DNA of 44,244 bases from a virus (lineage: Duplodnaviria; Heunggongvirae; Uroviricota; Caudoviricetes): IMG/VR virus record IMGVR_UViG_2896595138_000007, positions 1-44,244 of that record, one strand, 5' to 3'. The translations under genes were made by a program, and so were the position numbers. The notes under the pieces are model-generated. The model saw only the letters and a program-made list of their open reading frames with translations, did no database searches and was not told where the DNA came from. Below, piece by piece: positions 43,021 through 44,244 of this stretch; the stretch's first letter is position 1, and each line of letters begins with the position of its first letter.

Positions 43021-44244
43021 TCAGTTTGAATCAGAGATAGTACAATTAACAATCGATTCAACCCTCTTCCACCATGCCAGGTAAGCTTTACGCTGTTCTT
43101 CTAGATAATCGCTCTTATCATAAACTTGCCATACCCCTGGCAGCTTATGACCAAGCATAATTTCTGCGATATGAGGCGCAGTAAGATCAGAAAAATTTGT
43201 TCGTGCTGTCCGTCTCAAGTCATGAAGAGACCAATGAGGGAATTGATATCCTAAACGCCGCCACGCGTACTGCATTAAATTGTAAGGCAGCGACTGTAAT
43301 GATGTCCTACCGACTGGCTCCCTGCTTCCTTCCTTAGTAAAAAGCATATCGGAACCGTTGTTCATAGAGATAACGTATTTTATAAGCTCTTCAACCGGTT
43401 CAATAATGGGCCGCTTTAGCGGTTCGCCTGTTATGTCCCCTGTCTTATGTCGTTCAGGTGGTACAGTCCATACCTTATTTATGAAATCAAAATCACCCAC
43501 CCTAGCAGTAATTAGCTCCGAACTACGGCAACCAAAATGCAGTAATAGTTTAATGAAGGCCCGGTATTTGGGAACCATTCTAGAGCCATCGATCGCAGCA
43601 TAAAGAATTTTAATTTCATCGTGTGTCAGAAACCGTTTCTTCTGACCTTTACGGATATCCATATCTTTACCCGTGATATCCGACAGCGGGCGAGTTTCAA
43701 TAAGCTTTCTCTTATACGCCCAGACATGGGCCTGCTTTGCGTTAATTAGCAATCGGTCTGCTATTGCTGGAGTCTTAGTGCTAAGAGGCTCCAGGACTTC
43801 TAACCAATCATGCAATGTAGCTGCATCGTGAGGGATATTCCCGATTTTAGAGAACAGGTGCAGCTCAAACGAGCGGAGTATCTGTTCAGAACCCTTTTTA
43901 TTTTTTACACAATATGCTTCATACCAGGCACGGATCACAGACTCTACCGTCATGGCTTCAGTAGCTTTTCGTTTTTCAGCCTGCTTGACCAATCGTGGAT
44001 TACGGTTTGACTCGAGTTCACCACGGAGACGGATAACTTCTTCTCTGGCCTCTTTTAATCCAGTTGCCGGGTAAGTTCCGATATCAAGACGCTCACCTTT
44101 CCCTGCCCATTGATAACGATATTGGAACACTACGCGACCTTTCGGTGATACTCTGACAGACAGACCATCACGATCGGATTTAACCAAAACCTTATCACGT
44201 TCCTTTCCAACGACTGAACGCAACCACGCATCAGACAGCGCCAT
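43021..44244 (-). CDS. int: Tyrosine integrase (P4-type, with N-terminal arm-binding domain)
   Basis: 407 aa; catalytic HDLRRT and LGH...Y motifs near the C-terminus; start codon is the last three bases of the window. Confidence 0.9.
   Translation of the reverse strand: MALSDAWLRSVVGKERDKVLVKSDRDGLSVRVSPKGRVVFQYRYQWAGKGERLDIGTYPATGLKEAREEVIRLRGELESNRNPRLVKQAEKRKATEAMTVESVIRAWYEAYCVKNKKGSEQILRSFELHLFSKIGNIPHDAATLHDWLEVLEPLSTKTPAIADRLLINAKQAHVWAYKRKLIETRPLSDITGKDMDIRKGQKKRFLTHDEIKILYAAIDGSRMVPKYRAFIKLLLHFGCRSSELITARVGDFDFINKVWTVPPERHKTGDITGEPLKRPIIEPVEELIKYVISMNNGSDMLFTKEGSREPVGRTSLQSLPYNLMQYAWRRLGYQFPHWSLHDLRRTARTNFSDLTAPHIAEIMLGHKLPGVWQVYDKSDYLEEQRKAYLAWWKRVESIVNCTISDSN

Noticed and set aside
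41540-44244. Integrase and cargo gene read as a separate island abutting the prophage end
   Set aside because: The integrase reads inward from the window edge and no attachment site or direct repeat is visible between 41735 and 43020; simplest reading is that it belongs to this prophage. Cannot be fully excluded without flanking sequence.

Overview
The window is almost entirely one lambdoid (lambda-like) prophage of an enterobacterial, E. coli-like genome, with the rightward/late genes on the minus strand. Reading right to left: a P4-type tyrosine integrase at the window edge, an AT-rich cargo gene, an AlpA/Xis-like gene and a YfdP-Q-R-S-T-like early module (+ strand), a cI/cro immunity switch, a replication initiator with internal iterons, a nin-like region (PerC-like regulator, LexA-DBD protein, RusA, KilA-N, DUF968), Q, a tR'-like terminator, an orphan DNA methyltransferase, the lysis cassette (holin, endolysin split by an IS3-family element, Rz/Rz1), a small AT-rich moron, a cos-like site, terminase, portal, ClpP-protease/capsid fusion, and a lambda-like tail module (Z, U, V, G, T, H, M, L, K, I, a lipoprotein moron, J split by IS4, lom, stf, a macro-domain gene, tfa). 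At the left edge, convergent with the tail-fibre operon, is an AT-rich TIR-domain gene. The most interesting candidates are the TIR gene and the macro-domain gene translationally coupled to the tail-fibre gene, plus three further morons (lipoprotein between I and J, 79-aa ORF with heptamer repeats, integrase-proximal HEPN-like gene). Caveat: at least 15 genes carry single-base frame breaks, 12 of them at homopolymer runs, which looks like systematic sequencing error, so split genes are reported as merged spans. Two in-frame TAG codons (in U and H) and the two IS insertions would make the prophage defective if real. All identifications rest on reading the translations against remembered protein families; no database search was run.
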